A DNA stretch of 64,000 nucleotides, taken from Alphaproteobacteria bacterium. Its GTDB lineage: Bacteria; Pseudomonadota; Alphaproteobacteria; Bin95. Of this stretch, positions 25,680 through 35,012 are shown piece after piece. The translations under genes were made by a program, and so were the position numbers. The notes beneath the pieces were generated by a model, which was not told the DNA's origin, made no database searches, and was given only the letters and a program-made list of their open reading frames with translations. The stretch spans positions 448,001-512,000 of the forward strand of contig OZ219787.1 in assembly GCA_964291285.2 (NCBI GenBank). Reading direction: 5' to 3'. Within the stretch, counting starts at the first letter, position 1. The number at the start of each line of letters is the position of its first letter.

Positions 25680-28010
25680 ATTTTGTTTGGCACCGGTGCG
25701 CGCGGATTTTGGGGTTATGCCGACCTCGTAGACCATGCGCATACGGTTGCCGGGGAAGTGCGTTTCGGTGGCGTTGAGTTCGGCCAGAAGAGGCTTGATC
25801 TGGCGGTCGCAGGCGTCATTTGCGAGGCCGAGAATGCGGACCCGCAGGACGCCGTTGGCAGGGTCCGGCAGGATGTCGGCATCGGCGGTGAAGAGTGCCT
25901 GAAGCAGTTTCCGGGGGTGGGGCTTGTGGCCCTGCGCCTGCATGACGGGAAGCATCAAGCGGGTTTCAGCGCGGTAGGCGATCATGCGGATGATGTCGAG
26001 TAGGAGGCGCTCGCGTGAGGGCAAGGCATTGAGCTGTCCGGCTTCGTCGAGGTCGCCGGCCCGGCAGTGCGTGGGCACCTCCCTGCGGCTGGATCTGACA
26101 ATCTCACGGCCGCCCTCGAGGTCCCTGAGTTCCCTCTTGAGTTCGCCCGTCGGCTGCTTCCTGTGGGCGGCGTCGGCGATGCGGTTGCGCAGGCGGCCAA
26201 GCTGGTGGTCGAGGCGGCGGATTGCCTTGTCGTAGGCCCGCCGCAGCGGGCTGACGACCATGGTATCGGCAGCGAGAGGCTCGATCTCGTGGGTCGGCAG
26301 GGCGTCGAGATTGAACTCGTCGCGCATGTATTTGAAGAAGTTTTCCTGCGACCAGCGCGAGAACAAGGCGCCTGCGGCCTCCGCCACCGGCTTGTGCGGA
26401 TCGGTGGTGACCAGCGGAACCTGACGGCCGTTGTCGAGCAGGCGGCGGATCTGGCGCACCCTGAAGCCGTTCTTCAACGTCACCGGCTTCTCGGCCAGCA
26501 GCATGGTGGCGCTGGCGTTCGCCGCGGGTCCGTGAATGGGAACGATCATCGCACTGAAGTCCTCGGCCGGCCAGTCCCCGCCCCTGAAGTTCTTGTGCCA
26601 GGTCAGGCAGGCAATGCCGCGCCTGGCCAGCCGGCGAAACAGCTCCGGGCTCCAGCCCTCGCGGTCGAAGACCAGTGTGAGCACGGGCTGGCCGGGCTGC
26701 CCGGCGGTCAGGTCCGCTGCCCCGGCGTCGACGATCCCGAGCGCCTGCAACGCCGGCACCACGTCGGATTCGATCGCGGCGACCATCTTCGGGTCCAGCG
26801 GCTTGTGCAGGCACAGCAGGGGCTTGCCGCCCAAGGCGTTGATCCAGTAGCTGGTGCTCGCCGGCAGGCACAGCTTCTCGCGCGAGACGAAGTGTTTGGG
26901 CAGGCGCCCCTTGCGGCCGGCGTAGACCTTGACGTGCCCGTCAACGGCCAGCGTCGCCCAGAGCTCGGGCTCCTCCTCCTGCCAGCGTCTCGCAAGAGCG
27001 AGCTGCCACGCCTGCACGCTGGCTTCGTCGTTGGCCATGAGCCCGATCTTGCGCCGTAGCGTCTTGACCTCGGGGCAGCGGTCGAGACCGAGAACCGCAC
27101 CCCATTCGCCCGGTGCCTGGTAGCGCAGGCTCTCGGGGTTGCGCACCCGCGCCAGGGTCATGAAGGCCAGGAAGAGCAGGATCGTGGGCAGGCCGTAGTA
27201 GCCCTTCGACAGCAACGGCAGGAGGCCGGTCTCGCAGAGCAGGCCTTCCTTCAGCAGGGCCGGCAGGGCGGCGAGAACGCCGCCAAAGCGCACGCCGCGG
27301 GCGGCGGCGGTGAACTGCGGTTCGACCGGTCCCGCCTGCCCGCAGCTGGCCAACACCCGAGCCCGGACATCGCAAGTCGCGCGCCCCATCGGCGCCTGCC
27401 GGTCCCGCCGGTCGCGCGCGCTGCGATCCGTCTGCGCCTCCAGCCCCGCTGCCGTCGCCGGCCCGGCGGCACCGGCACTCTCGTCATCGACACTGCCCTC
27501 GGGCGCCCCACCCGCGTCAGGCGGCACCGCCACTGCCGCGCTGCCGCGCTCCCGACACGCCTCCGCGTTGCCGATCACCCCCTGCCGCCGCCACTTGTTG
27601 ACCGACGGCGCTGACACGCCGAGAACTCGGGCCACCGCAGAGCCGCTCAGGCCCCCTTCCAGCAACGCCGTCGCTTTCTCCGCCAGCTCCGGCGTGAACA
27701 CCGAAGGTCCCCGACCGCGCCGGGGCTTCAGAAACTCCGCTTCGCCCTCGGCCAGGTAGCGCCGTCGTGCGCGCTGGACCGTTGCACGCGAGACACCGAA
27801 AGCGTCGGCCAGATCCTGCCGCGAGACCGCGCTGATCGCAGCCAGGCGGCCGATCCGCAACAGCATGGCCGCGCGGTCATCGGCGGCGTGGCTGTCAAAG
27901 GGAACGAGGTTGGAGAAGTAGGTGAAGCTGTCGTCCGAAATCAGAATGGCGAAACAACTGCTGCCGATCGGAACCGCCTCCGGAGGGCTCAGGGGAAGGG
28001 TAATCGACAT
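25665..28010 (-). CDS. Large putative DDE transposase (781 aa; native end ...KQN*)
   Basis: Two N-terminal HTHs, AVDGHVKVY, VFDREGW, SRWSQENFFKY, coiled-coil insert. Fills the IR-bounded element. Confidence 0.85.
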   Translation of the reverse strand: MSITLPLSPPEAVPIGSSCFAILISDDSFTYFSNLVPFDSHAADDRAAMLLRIGRLAAISAVSRQDLADAFGVSRATVQRARRRYLAEGEAEFLKPRRGRGPSVFTPELAEKATALLEGGLSGSAVARVLGVSAPSVNKWRRQGVIGNAEACRERGSAAVAVPPDAGGAPEGSVDDESAGAAGPATAAGLEAQTDRSARDRRDRQAPMGRATCDVRARVLASCGQAGPVEPQFTAAARGVRFGGVLAALPALLKEGLLCETGLLPLLSKGYYGLPTILLFLAFMTLARVRNPESLRYQAPGEWGAVLGLDRCPEVKTLRRKIGLMANDEASVQAWQLALARRWQEEEPELWATLAVDGHVKVYAGRKGRLPKHFVSREKLCLPASTSYWINALGGKPLLCLHKPLDPKMVAAIESDVVPALQALGIVDAGAADLTAGQPGQPVLTLVFDREGWSPELFRRLARRGIACLTWHKNFRGGDWPAEDFSAMIVPIHGPAANASATMLLAEKPVTLKNGFRVRQIRRLLDNGRQVPLVTTDPHKPVAEAAGALFSRWSQENFFKYMRDEFNLDALPTHEIEPLAADTMVVSPLRRAYDKAIRRLDHQLGRLRNRIADAAHRKQPTGELKRELRDLEGGREIVRSSRREVPTHCRAGDLDEAGQLNALPSRERLLLDIIRMIAYRAETRLMLPVMQAQGHKPHPRKLLQALFTADADILPDPANGVLRVRILGLANDACDRQIKPLLAELNATETHFPGNRMRMVYEVGITPKSARTGAKQNPAYS

Positions 28011-28165
28011 GGTTGAAATCTCGTATCCAGTGTCAAATTAAAATACCCGAACCTGGACACGGCAGCCAGCGAAAATCAGCCGAAACAGACGAAAAATGAA
28101 CCGAACTCAAAAAGTTCCCAGAACGCCGCCCGCAACAAACATCGTCACGAGGTCAGGAAGTCTGA

Positions 28166-28489
28166 GGCTATCTCCGGGATAATCCGAAGGTGTTCCTGAA
28201 CGCCGCCCGCAAGATCACGAGGCTTGGCCTGCATATCGGCCGCCCGCTCCGGTGCCAGTTCCGGGACTTGGCTCATCCCCGTGCCCGGCTGCTGTGGGCG
28301 CTGGCAATGCCCGGCGGTCTTTTCGGATATATACGCGACCGGCTCCGGGGCCTGCGGGCGCCTGTTGCCGATCCCGACATGTCGGCATGGGGCCCGGCCG
28401 CACCCCCGGAAACTCCGGTGCTTCATCCACCGCCCGAACGGTTCGGCAGGCCGTATCGAACGGGTGTTGAAAGCAGCCTTGGCGCATGA
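28166..28489 (+). pseudogene. 3' remnant of a gene (possibly a GT2 glycosyltransferase C-terminus) cut by the IS end
   Basis: The frame YLRDNPKVFLNAARKITRLGLH... is open right up to the IR. It lies directly upstream of, and co-oriented with, the glycan cluster. Confidence 0.35.
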
Positions 28490-28578
28490 CCTCCCTCCGG
28501 CTAATCATCCCGAGACACCTGCCGCCCCCCACGGCCTACCCGATCAGAGCGCACCAGTTACGCAAGGAGGCTCGCCGG

Positions 28579-29868
28579 ATGACGATTGAATGCGGATCGT
28601 CCGTTCCGCCTATCGGAATCGTTCTGCCGAACCTCGACGGGGGCGGAGCGGAGCGGGCGACGCTGACGCTGGCGGCGTCCCTCATCGAGCGGGGGCACCG
28701 GATCGACCTCGTGCTGATGCGCCTGAAAGGGCGCTACAAGACGACGATCCCGGACGGAATCCGGCTGTATCACCAGCGCTTGGGGAGGCCCGACAAGGCG
28801 CTCGCCGCGCATTGCCGCGAACGCGGTATCGACGCGCGGGTGCTGGCCCTGGAACCGCTCGGGACGCTGAGGGCATGGCACGTTCTGCGGCGGCGATTTC
28901 CGGAAATCGAAGTCAGGCTGTCCCATGCCCGGGCGGCCCACGGCGTCGCCCGCTATGTCCGCGAAGCGAGGCCCCGGCTTCTGCTGTCCGCGCTTCCGTT
29001 CGCGAACGACGCATCCGCACTCGGGGTGACGCTGGCAGGGCATTCCGTTCCGCTGGTCGTTTCGCTTCGCGTCAATGTCGGGACGAGCTACAGCGAGAAG
29101 AGGAAGTCCGCCGCCCGGGTCTTGACCCCGGTGGCGGATGCCACGGTCGCTATATCGAAGGGCGTTGCTGCGGACGCCATCGAAACGCTTGGCCTGGATG
29201 AACGAAGCGTGCATGCAATTTATAATGCGCAGCCGCTCGCGGATATCCGGCGCCTCGCCGAAGAGGAGGCGGCCCATCCCTGGTTCGCAGACTCCGCTTC
29301 CCCGGTCATCCTGACGGTGTTGAGGGAAGGGCGTCAAAAGGACCCGGCAACGCTTGTCGCCGCGTTCCGCCATGTCCGCGACGAGCTGCCCGCCCGCCTT
29401 GCCATCCTGGGCAACCTCTCCGATGAATACAGGGCGGAAACCATGGCGCTGGCCGCAGGCTTCGCAGTGGAGAAGGACGTGGCGTTTCTGGGCTTCGACG
29501 AGAACCCTTTCCGCTATATGCGGCGGGCCGGGGTATTCGTACTCTCATCGCGCTATGAAGGATTTGCGAACGTGCTCACAGAGGCGATGGCTTGCGGAAC
29601 GCCGGTGGTGAGCACCGATGCGCCTTATGGCCCGGCCGAGATTCTCGAAGGCGGCCGATGGGGCCAGCTGACTCCGGTCGGCGACGCGCCGGCGCTCGCC
29701 GCGGCGATAATCGACGCCTTGAAAGGAAAGGCGATTGCGGCGGAAGCGCTCCGACGCCGGGCCGACGACTTCTCCGCCGACCGCGCGGCCGCGGCCTATG
29801 AGGCGTTGTTCTCCTCACTGATCGACCGGCGCGCCGACGCCGCGGCCGTGGACCGGGATGTTCGGTAG
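28579..29868 (+). CDS. GT4 (GT-B) glycosyltransferase
   Basis: AAGGAGG RBS. LDGGGAER, QKD, SSRYEGFANVLTEAMACGTPVV. Confidence 0.92.
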   Translation: MTIECGSSVPPIGIVLPNLDGGGAERATLTLAASLIERGHRIDLVLMRLKGRYKTTIPDGIRLYHQRLGRPDKALAAHCRERGIDARVLALEPLGTLRAWHVLRRRFPEIEVRLSHARAAHGVARYVREARPRLLLSALPFANDASALGVTLAGHSVPLVVSLRVNVGTSYSEKRKSAARVLTPVADATVAISKGVAADAIETLGLDERSVHAIYNAQPLADIRRLAEEEAAHPWFADSASPVILTVLREGRQKDPATLVAAFRHVRDELPARLAILGNLSDEYRAETMALAAGFAVEKDVAFLGFDENPFRYMRRAGVFVLSSRYEGFANVLTEAMACGTPVVSTDAPYGPAEILEGGRWGQLTPVGDAPALAAAIIDALKGKAIAAEALRRRADDFSADRAAAAYEALFSSLIDRRADAAAVDRDVR

Positions 29869-29871
29869 GCC

Positions 29872-30732
29872 ATGAAAGAAAAATGGAGATGGAAGCTCCT
29901 GCCGAAGACCCCCTGGGGAGACAGGTTCTTCGGTCGATATCGCTTCTACAGGAGGCTCAGGCGTTTCCCGGAGAATCCTCCGGTTGGGTTCAACGACCAT
30001 CTTTTTGCCCTGAAAGCGGGCGGCACGGCTTACGATCCCCGGATTCAATATCTGACGGACAAGGAGTATGCGAAACAATATATTTCGTCGGTCGTGGGCA
30101 ACAATTACACGACGGAGACCTACCGTATCCTACACAACAGGGAAGAGTTGAAGGCCTATATCCCGGATCGGTTCCCGTGCATTTTCAAGCCGACGCATTC
30201 GAGTGGTCAGGCGGTGATTTGTGCGGATGATTCCGTTTCTCTGGACCGTGAAGAGCTTGGGACATGGTTTTCCATCGACTATTATTCACGTTCCCGGGAA
30301 CAGAATTACCGCCATCTGGTCCCGAAAATCATCGTTGAGGAATTCTTTTCCAAAGACGGTCGAACGGTGCCGGACGACTACAAGGTCTTTTGCTTTCGGG
30401 GCGTTCCGAAATTGATACAGGTCGACTCGGGCCGTTTCTCCCAACATACCCGAAATCTTTACGATACATCGTGGGTCCGGCTTCCCGTGACTTACGTCTA
30501 TCCGAACAGAACGAAGGACGATCCGAAGCCCGCGCTACTCGGCGAGATGCTTCATGTAGCGCAGCAACTGTCAGCGCCCTTTCCTTTTGTACGAGTGGAC
30601 ATGTACTCCACCGAATCCGAATTGCGAGTGGGAGAATTGACATTCTTTCCAGAAACCGCTTCGGGATTGCTGAGTCCTGTCGAGGCGGAATTCACCCTGG
30701 GCGAGTATTTCCGCTGTCAGGATTCGGAATAG
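29872..30732 (+). CDS. TupA-like ATP-grasp amidoligase
   Basis: TDKEYAK, FKPTHSSG, KIIVEE, DYKVFCF, FVRVDMY, GELTFFP. Lower GC than its flanks. Confidence 0.9.
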   Translation: MKEKWRWKLLPKTPWGDRFFGRYRFYRRLRRFPENPPVGFNDHLFALKAGGTAYDPRIQYLTDKEYAKQYISSVVGNNYTTETYRILHNREELKAYIPDRFPCIFKPTHSSGQAVICADDSVSLDREELGTWFSIDYYSRSREQNYRHLVPKIIVEEFFSKDGRTVPDDYKVFCFRGVPKLIQVDSGRFSQHTRNLYDTSWVRLPVTYVYPNRTKDDPKPALLGEMLHVAQQLSAPFPFVRVDMYSTESELRVGELTFFPETASGLLSPVEAEFTLGEYFRCQDSE

Positions 30733-30847
30733 CTGCCAAGCTAGGCAGATGTGTAAGGCTAAACTAATGGGAATGCGAGCTTCCCCGTGTTCTACAGGCT
30801 TTGGTTCGGGACACTTACCAGTTACTGATTTGAGAATCACCGCAGTA

Positions 30848-31090
30848 GAACTCGTGGCTCGCGAACAGCCGAAGCGGTATAGTCAGCCGCCAAATGAATT
30901 ACGAATACATGCGGTACGCTTATCGTGGCCTACATCGCAATGCTCATCCAGAAGCTCAAGGGTGGCGGGCGGAACGGAGCGTGTTCAGAACCGCCGGCGG
31001 GCTGGTGGAACGGGGCACGACGCGGATATCGTGCTCTTCTCGCCGAGCTCCGTTTACCCCAGGGAGTTGCTCTGGTCGTGCTGCGCGGCC
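30848..31090 (+). repeat. Degenerate direct copy of 32120-32378 (upstream region + 5' end of the GT4 gene), frameshifted
   Basis: ATGCTCATCCAGAAGCTCAAGGG and GGATATCGTGCTCTTCTCGCCGA are shared. This copy has single-base deletions. Confidence 0.85.
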
Positions 31091-31109
31091 CCTCCCCCTT
31101 CCAAAGTGC

Positions 31110-32009
31110 TCAGCTCCACGCCTCGGCGCAGGCCCGCGCATCAAGGTGGTAACCGGGGTCGAAAAGCTTTGCGAGTTCTATGTCGGCGGCGGGCGGAAGC
31201 AGCAAGTCGCTCGCGCCTCTCGGGCAGAATGTCAACTCGCCGACCCTTATATCCGCTTCGCAAACATACAGGTCCACCCGAACGAATGGAAACGGCGAGG
31301 CGAGAAGCGATGCAATCCTCAAAATCTCGCTCAATCGTCGGGGCATTTCGTCGTCTTCCGGCCCGGTCGGGACTCCATAGGTGATCGGTAGTCGGTTCCA
31401 CTCAAGGTCGTAGAAGTTCTGCGTGTGCTTTCCGAACCGATCCGAGTCCACCTGGATCAGCTTCGGGACGCCATGGAAACAGAACAACTTGTAATCCTTC
31501 GGCACGGACACGCCGTCCTCGGAAAGGAATTCCTCGACGATGATCTTTGGGCGGAGATGGCGGTAATTGCCTTCCCTTGTACCTCTATAGTGGTTCTTCT
31601 CAAGCCATTTGCAAAGGAAGTTGCGGCCGATGGCCTTGTCCGGGTCGGTGTGGAGGAGTATCGGGCCGCTCATATGCGTCGGTTTCAGCACGCAGGGCAC
31701 GCGGTCTGGGACAAACGCCCTTATCTCGTCGGGGCTCCTAAGGACCCGGTAGGTCTCCGGCGCATAACCCGGCCCGACCGTGTTCTCGATATAGAGCTTT
31801 GCCAACTCCTTGTCTGTGACGAACTGGTATAGTGGATCCAGCAGTGAACCGTCCGTCTTGATCCGGTAAAGCAGGTCGGTCAGCCGCCCCGCACCTTCGG
31901 GGTCTGGCTGCCGGCCTTGCCTGCGCGCGAACCGCCGCCGGCAGAACTCCCGGTCCCCCCAAGCATTGCGCGGTAGCCGGCGCCGCGGGATCAGGCGGAG
32001 AGGGTTCAA
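31110..32009 (-). CDS. TupA-like ATP-grasp amidoligase (second paralog)
   Basis: TDKELAK, LKPTHMSG, KIIVEE, DYKLFCF, FVRVDLY, GELTFCP. Confidence 0.9.
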   Translation of the reverse strand: MNPLRLIPRRRLPRNAWGDREFCRRRFARRQGRQPDPEGAGRLTDLLYRIKTDGSLLDPLYQFVTDKELAKLYIENTVGPGYAPETYRVLRSPDEIRAFVPDRVPCVLKPTHMSGPILLHTDPDKAIGRNFLCKWLEKNHYRGTREGNYRHLRPKIIVEEFLSEDGVSVPKDYKLFCFHGVPKLIQVDSDRFGKHTQNFYDLEWNRLPITYGVPTGPEDDEMPRRLSEILRIASLLASPFPFVRVDLYVCEADIRVGELTFCPRGASDLLLPPAADIELAKLFDPGYHLDARACAEAWS

Positions 32010-32196
32010 TGTCCTAGCCGCTCTGATTCGGCTTGCATGTTCGATCCGTTCTCAACGCGGGTTACTCGCCCGCATTGCTTATCCCGTTCCAAGCCGCAAC
32101 GAAAGACAGTTGCATCTCCGAACCCGTAGCTCGCGACCGGCCGAACCGGTAGAGTCAGCCGCCGAATGGATCGCGAATACATACAGTAAGCTCTTC

Positions 32197-33414
32197 ATGG
32201 CCCACATCACGATGCTCATCCAGAAGCTCAAGGGCGGCGGGGCGGAACGGAGCGTGTTCAGGACCGCCGGCGGGCTGGCGGAACGGGGGCACGACGTGGA
32301 TATCGTGCTCTTCTCGCCGACGTTCGTTTACCCCGGGGAACTGCCCCGGTCGGCGCGGCCGGTCGTGCTGTGCGGCCGTTTCGGCTGGATGCGGCGCGCC
32401 CGGAACGATGTCCCGCAGGGAACGCTGTGGCGGCCCGGGCTGGCGTCGCCTTTCCGCCTGGCAGGCTTCGCGGCCGGCCTGGTGCGCGAATTCGGCACCG
32501 CCGCCCGGGTGCTGGTGCGCCCGGCTTCGCTCGGCCATGCGCTGCGCCTTGCCCGCTATTTCGAGCGCGAACGGCCGGACATCGTCTTCGCCAATCTGGC
32601 GGCGGCGGAATATGCGGCATTCTTCGCCGCGCGCCTCGTGTCCTCCCCCCCGCCGATCGTCCCGATCCTGCGCGGCGCCGACAAGCCGGGCGCGAAATCG
32701 ACCCGGCGCCGGCGGTTGCTGTTCCCGAGGGCCGCCCGCCTCGTGGCGGTGTCCCGCGGCGTGTCGGAGAACATCGCCGCCATTGTCGGGACACCGGAGG
32801 CGGGAATCGCGACGATCCACAACCCGGCGTTCGCGCCGGAGATCGCCCGCCATGCCGAGGCCGCGCCGGACCATCCCTGGTTCCGGGACGGCGGCCCGCC
32901 CGTCGTGCTGGGCGTCGGGCGCCTCACGCCGCAAAAGGACTTCCCGACCCTGGTGGAGGCGTTCCGGCTCGTGACCGCCGAGCATCCCTGCCGGCTGCTC
33001 ATCCTGGGCGAGGGTTTCGACCGCGCGGAACTGGAAAGCCGGGTCCGGGCGCTCGGCCTCGAGGACCGCGTGTCGCTGCCGGGATGGGCCGACAACCCCT
33101 GGGCTTTCATGGCCCGGGCGGCGCTGTTCGTGGTGTCGTCGCGGTACGAAGGCCTGAGCAATGCGCTGGTCGAAGCGCTGACCTGCGGCTGCCCCGCGGT
33201 CTCGACGGACTGCGCCGGGTCGCTGGAAATCCTGGGGGACCCCGGTCTGATCGCGCCGATGGGCGACCCGGAGAGGCTGGCGGAAGCGATGCTGCGGGCG
33301 CTCGCCCGCCCGGCCGACAAGGCCGCCCTGCGCGCCCGCGCCGCCCGGTTCTCCCTGGAAAGCGCGGTGGACGGATACGACAGGCTGATTGCCGAGGTGC
33401 TGGCCGAGGGGTAG
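32197..33414 (+). CDS. GT4 glycosyltransferase
   Basis: LKGGGAER, GRLTPQKDF, SSRYEGLSNALVEALTCG. Likely start is ATG 32197. Confidence 0.92.
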   Translation: MAHITMLIQKLKGGGAERSVFRTAGGLAERGHDVDIVLFSPTFVYPGELPRSARPVVLCGRFGWMRRARNDVPQGTLWRPGLASPFRLAGFAAGLVREFGTAARVLVRPASLGHALRLARYFERERPDIVFANLAAAEYAAFFAARLVSSPPPIVPILRGADKPGAKSTRRRRLLFPRAARLVAVSRGVSENIAAIVGTPEAGIATIHNPAFAPEIARHAEAAPDHPWFRDGGPPVVLGVGRLTPQKDFPTLVEAFRLVTAEHPCRLLILGEGFDRAELESRVRALGLEDRVSLPGWADNPWAFMARAALFVVSSRYEGLSNALVEALTCGCPAVSTDCAGSLEILGDPGLIAPMGDPERLAEAMLRALARPADKAALRARAARFSLESAVDGYDRLIAEVLAEG

Positions 33415-33476
33415 GCGTATCCGATTCCTTCACACGCTCCTTCGCGGCGGTGTTGCGGCGGGAGCCGTTCCGCCGG

Positions 33477-33812
33477 TCATGCGGCGCGCCGGCCGGCGAC
33501 TGCCTCCCTTAGCCCGTCGAGGAGGCCTTCCAGATGCGCCATGCGCTCGCGCAACTGCCCGATCTGGGCGTTCGTTTCCTCGAACTGCGCGCGCACATCC
33601 TCGAACTGCTTCGCCGTCTGCGCGCGCACGTCCTCGAACTGCTTCGCCGTCTGCGCGCGCGCTTCCTCGAACTTCGCCGCCGTCTGCGTGCGGAACTCTC
33701 CAAGCTCGCCGCGCACCTCGCGGATGTCGGCGCGCAACCAGGCGAAGAGGCCGATATTTATGGCCGCCAGCGCGATTGCGGCCCCGGCGACGGTCCAGAT
33801 GCCGGCGGCCAT
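33477..33812 (-). CDS. Small membrane-anchored coiled-coil protein with 11-residue repeats
   Basis: GGAGG RBS, N-terminal hydrophobic helix, about 3 copies of (AQTAKQFEDVR), then LRERMAHLEG. Confidence 0.75.
   Translation of the reverse strand: MAAGIWTVAGAAIALAAINIGLFAWLRADIREVRGELGEFRTQTAAKFEEARAQTAKQFEDVRAQTAKQFEDVRAQFEETNAQIGQLRERMAHLEGLLDGLREAVAGRRAA
33579..33695. repeat. 33-bp tandem repeat (~3.5 copies) inside the CDS
   Basis: CCTCGAACTGCTTCGCCGTCTGCGCGCGC recurs at 33599 and 33632, with variants at 33578 and 33665. Confidence 0.85.
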
Positions 33813-33866
33813 GGAATGCCCTCCCTCCGGCGCGGCCCCTACGATGGCCCCGAAGGACGCGCCCGG

Positions 33867-35012
33867 TCAAGGCCCGCCGCCCCGCTCCGTCAGCAATTCC
33901 GCATAAACCGCAAGCGTCTTCGCGCACATCAGGTCCCGCGTGAAACGGGCGAGGACATGCGCGCGCGCGCCGGCTGCGAGGGCGGGGCCGGCGGCGGCGA
34001 GCGCGCTGCGGATACCTTCGGCGAGCGCGGCCGGGTCGCCCGGCGGGACCAGCCATCCGGTCTCCCCGTGGCGGACGATTTCGCGCGCGGCGCCGTGGTC
34101 GCCGGAGACGACCGGCAGGCCCATGGCGCCCGCCTCCGCCAGCACCCGCCCGAACGACTCCGGGCGGACGGACGCGGAAACGACGACATCGCTTGCCGCA
34201 TAGGCGGCCGCCACACCGTCGGTATGGCCGGCGAAGCGCACCTGAAGGCCGCGCGCCTCAGCTTCCAGTTCCCGCCGGTAGGCGTCCCGGTCCCGGTCGG
34301 AGCCGACGAACACGGCGACCAGCTTCGGGTCCGCGAGCAGCCGCATCGCCTCGATCAGCACGGCATGGCCCTTGAGCCGGGTGAGCCGCCCCGGCAGCAG
34401 CACGACCCGCGCCTCTTCCGGGACGGCCCACTCCGCGCGCAACACGGTCCTCTCGCGCGGCGGGACGGCGGCGGGATCGAACGCCGCCGGATCGATGCCC
34501 TGATGCACCACGCGCAGGCAGCCCGGCGGGCAGCCATAGCGTTCCTTCACATGCGCCGCGACAAAGTCGGAGACGGCGATCACGCGGTCGCCGCGGACCA
34601 TGATGCGGTTCCAGGCGCGCTTGGCGGCGCTGCGGGCGCCGTAGGCGCCGTGGACGGTCGTGACGAACGGCACGCCCGCGCGCCGGGCCGCCGCGCGGGC
34701 GCTCCACGCCGGCGCGCGCGAGTGGGCATGGACGAGACTCACGCCTTCCCGGGCGATCAGGGCTTCGAGCCGGCCCGCATTCCGCCAGAGCCCGACGGGG
34801 TTCTTGGTGTTGACGGGCAGGCACACATGGTCCGCGCCGAGGCCCGCGGCCAGCCGCCCGCCCGACGAGGCCACCAGCACCCGCGCGCCGGCGCCGCGCA
34901 AGGCGGCGGAAATGTCCAGCGTACCGAGTTCGGCGCCGCCCGCTTCGAGCGCCGGCAGCACCTGGAGCACGGTCCTGCCCTGCAACCCGGCCCCGGCCCG
35001 GGGCGATGTCAT
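33867..35012 (-). CDS. GT4 glycosyltransferase
   Basis: VLQVLPALEAGGAE, HAHSRAPAW, PGRLTRLKGH, PESFGRVLAEA. ATGA overlap with the upstream gene. Confidence 0.92.
   Translation of the reverse strand: MTSPRAGAGLQGRTVLQVLPALEAGGAELGTLDISAALRGAGARVLVASSGGRLAAGLGADHVCLPVNTKNPVGLWRNAGRLEALIAREGVSLVHAHSRAPAWSARAAARRAGVPFVTTVHGAYGARSAAKRAWNRIMVRGDRVIAVSDFVAAHVKERYGCPPGCLRVVHQGIDPAAFDPAAVPPRERTVLRAEWAVPEEARVVLLPGRLTRLKGHAVLIEAMRLLADPKLVAVFVGSDRDRDAYRRELEAEARGLQVRFAGHTDGVAAAYAASDVVVSASVRPESFGRVLAEAGAMGLPVVSGDHGAAREIVRHGETGWLVPPGDPAALAEGIRSALAAAGPALAAGARAHVLARFTRDLMCAKTLAVYAELLTERGGGP

Larger units (their letters stand above)
24623..28165 (-). mobile_element. Unclassified DDE insertion sequence (~2.5 kb net) with 17-bp perfect IR
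   Basis: TCAGACTTCCTGACCTC (24623-24639) and GAGGTCAGGAAGTCTGA (28149-28165). No flanking duplication. Confidence 0.85.

Noticed and set aside
33579-33695. 33-bp repeats as a possible CRISPR array
   Set aside because: Tandem with no unique spacers, in frame within a CDS, and no cas genes.
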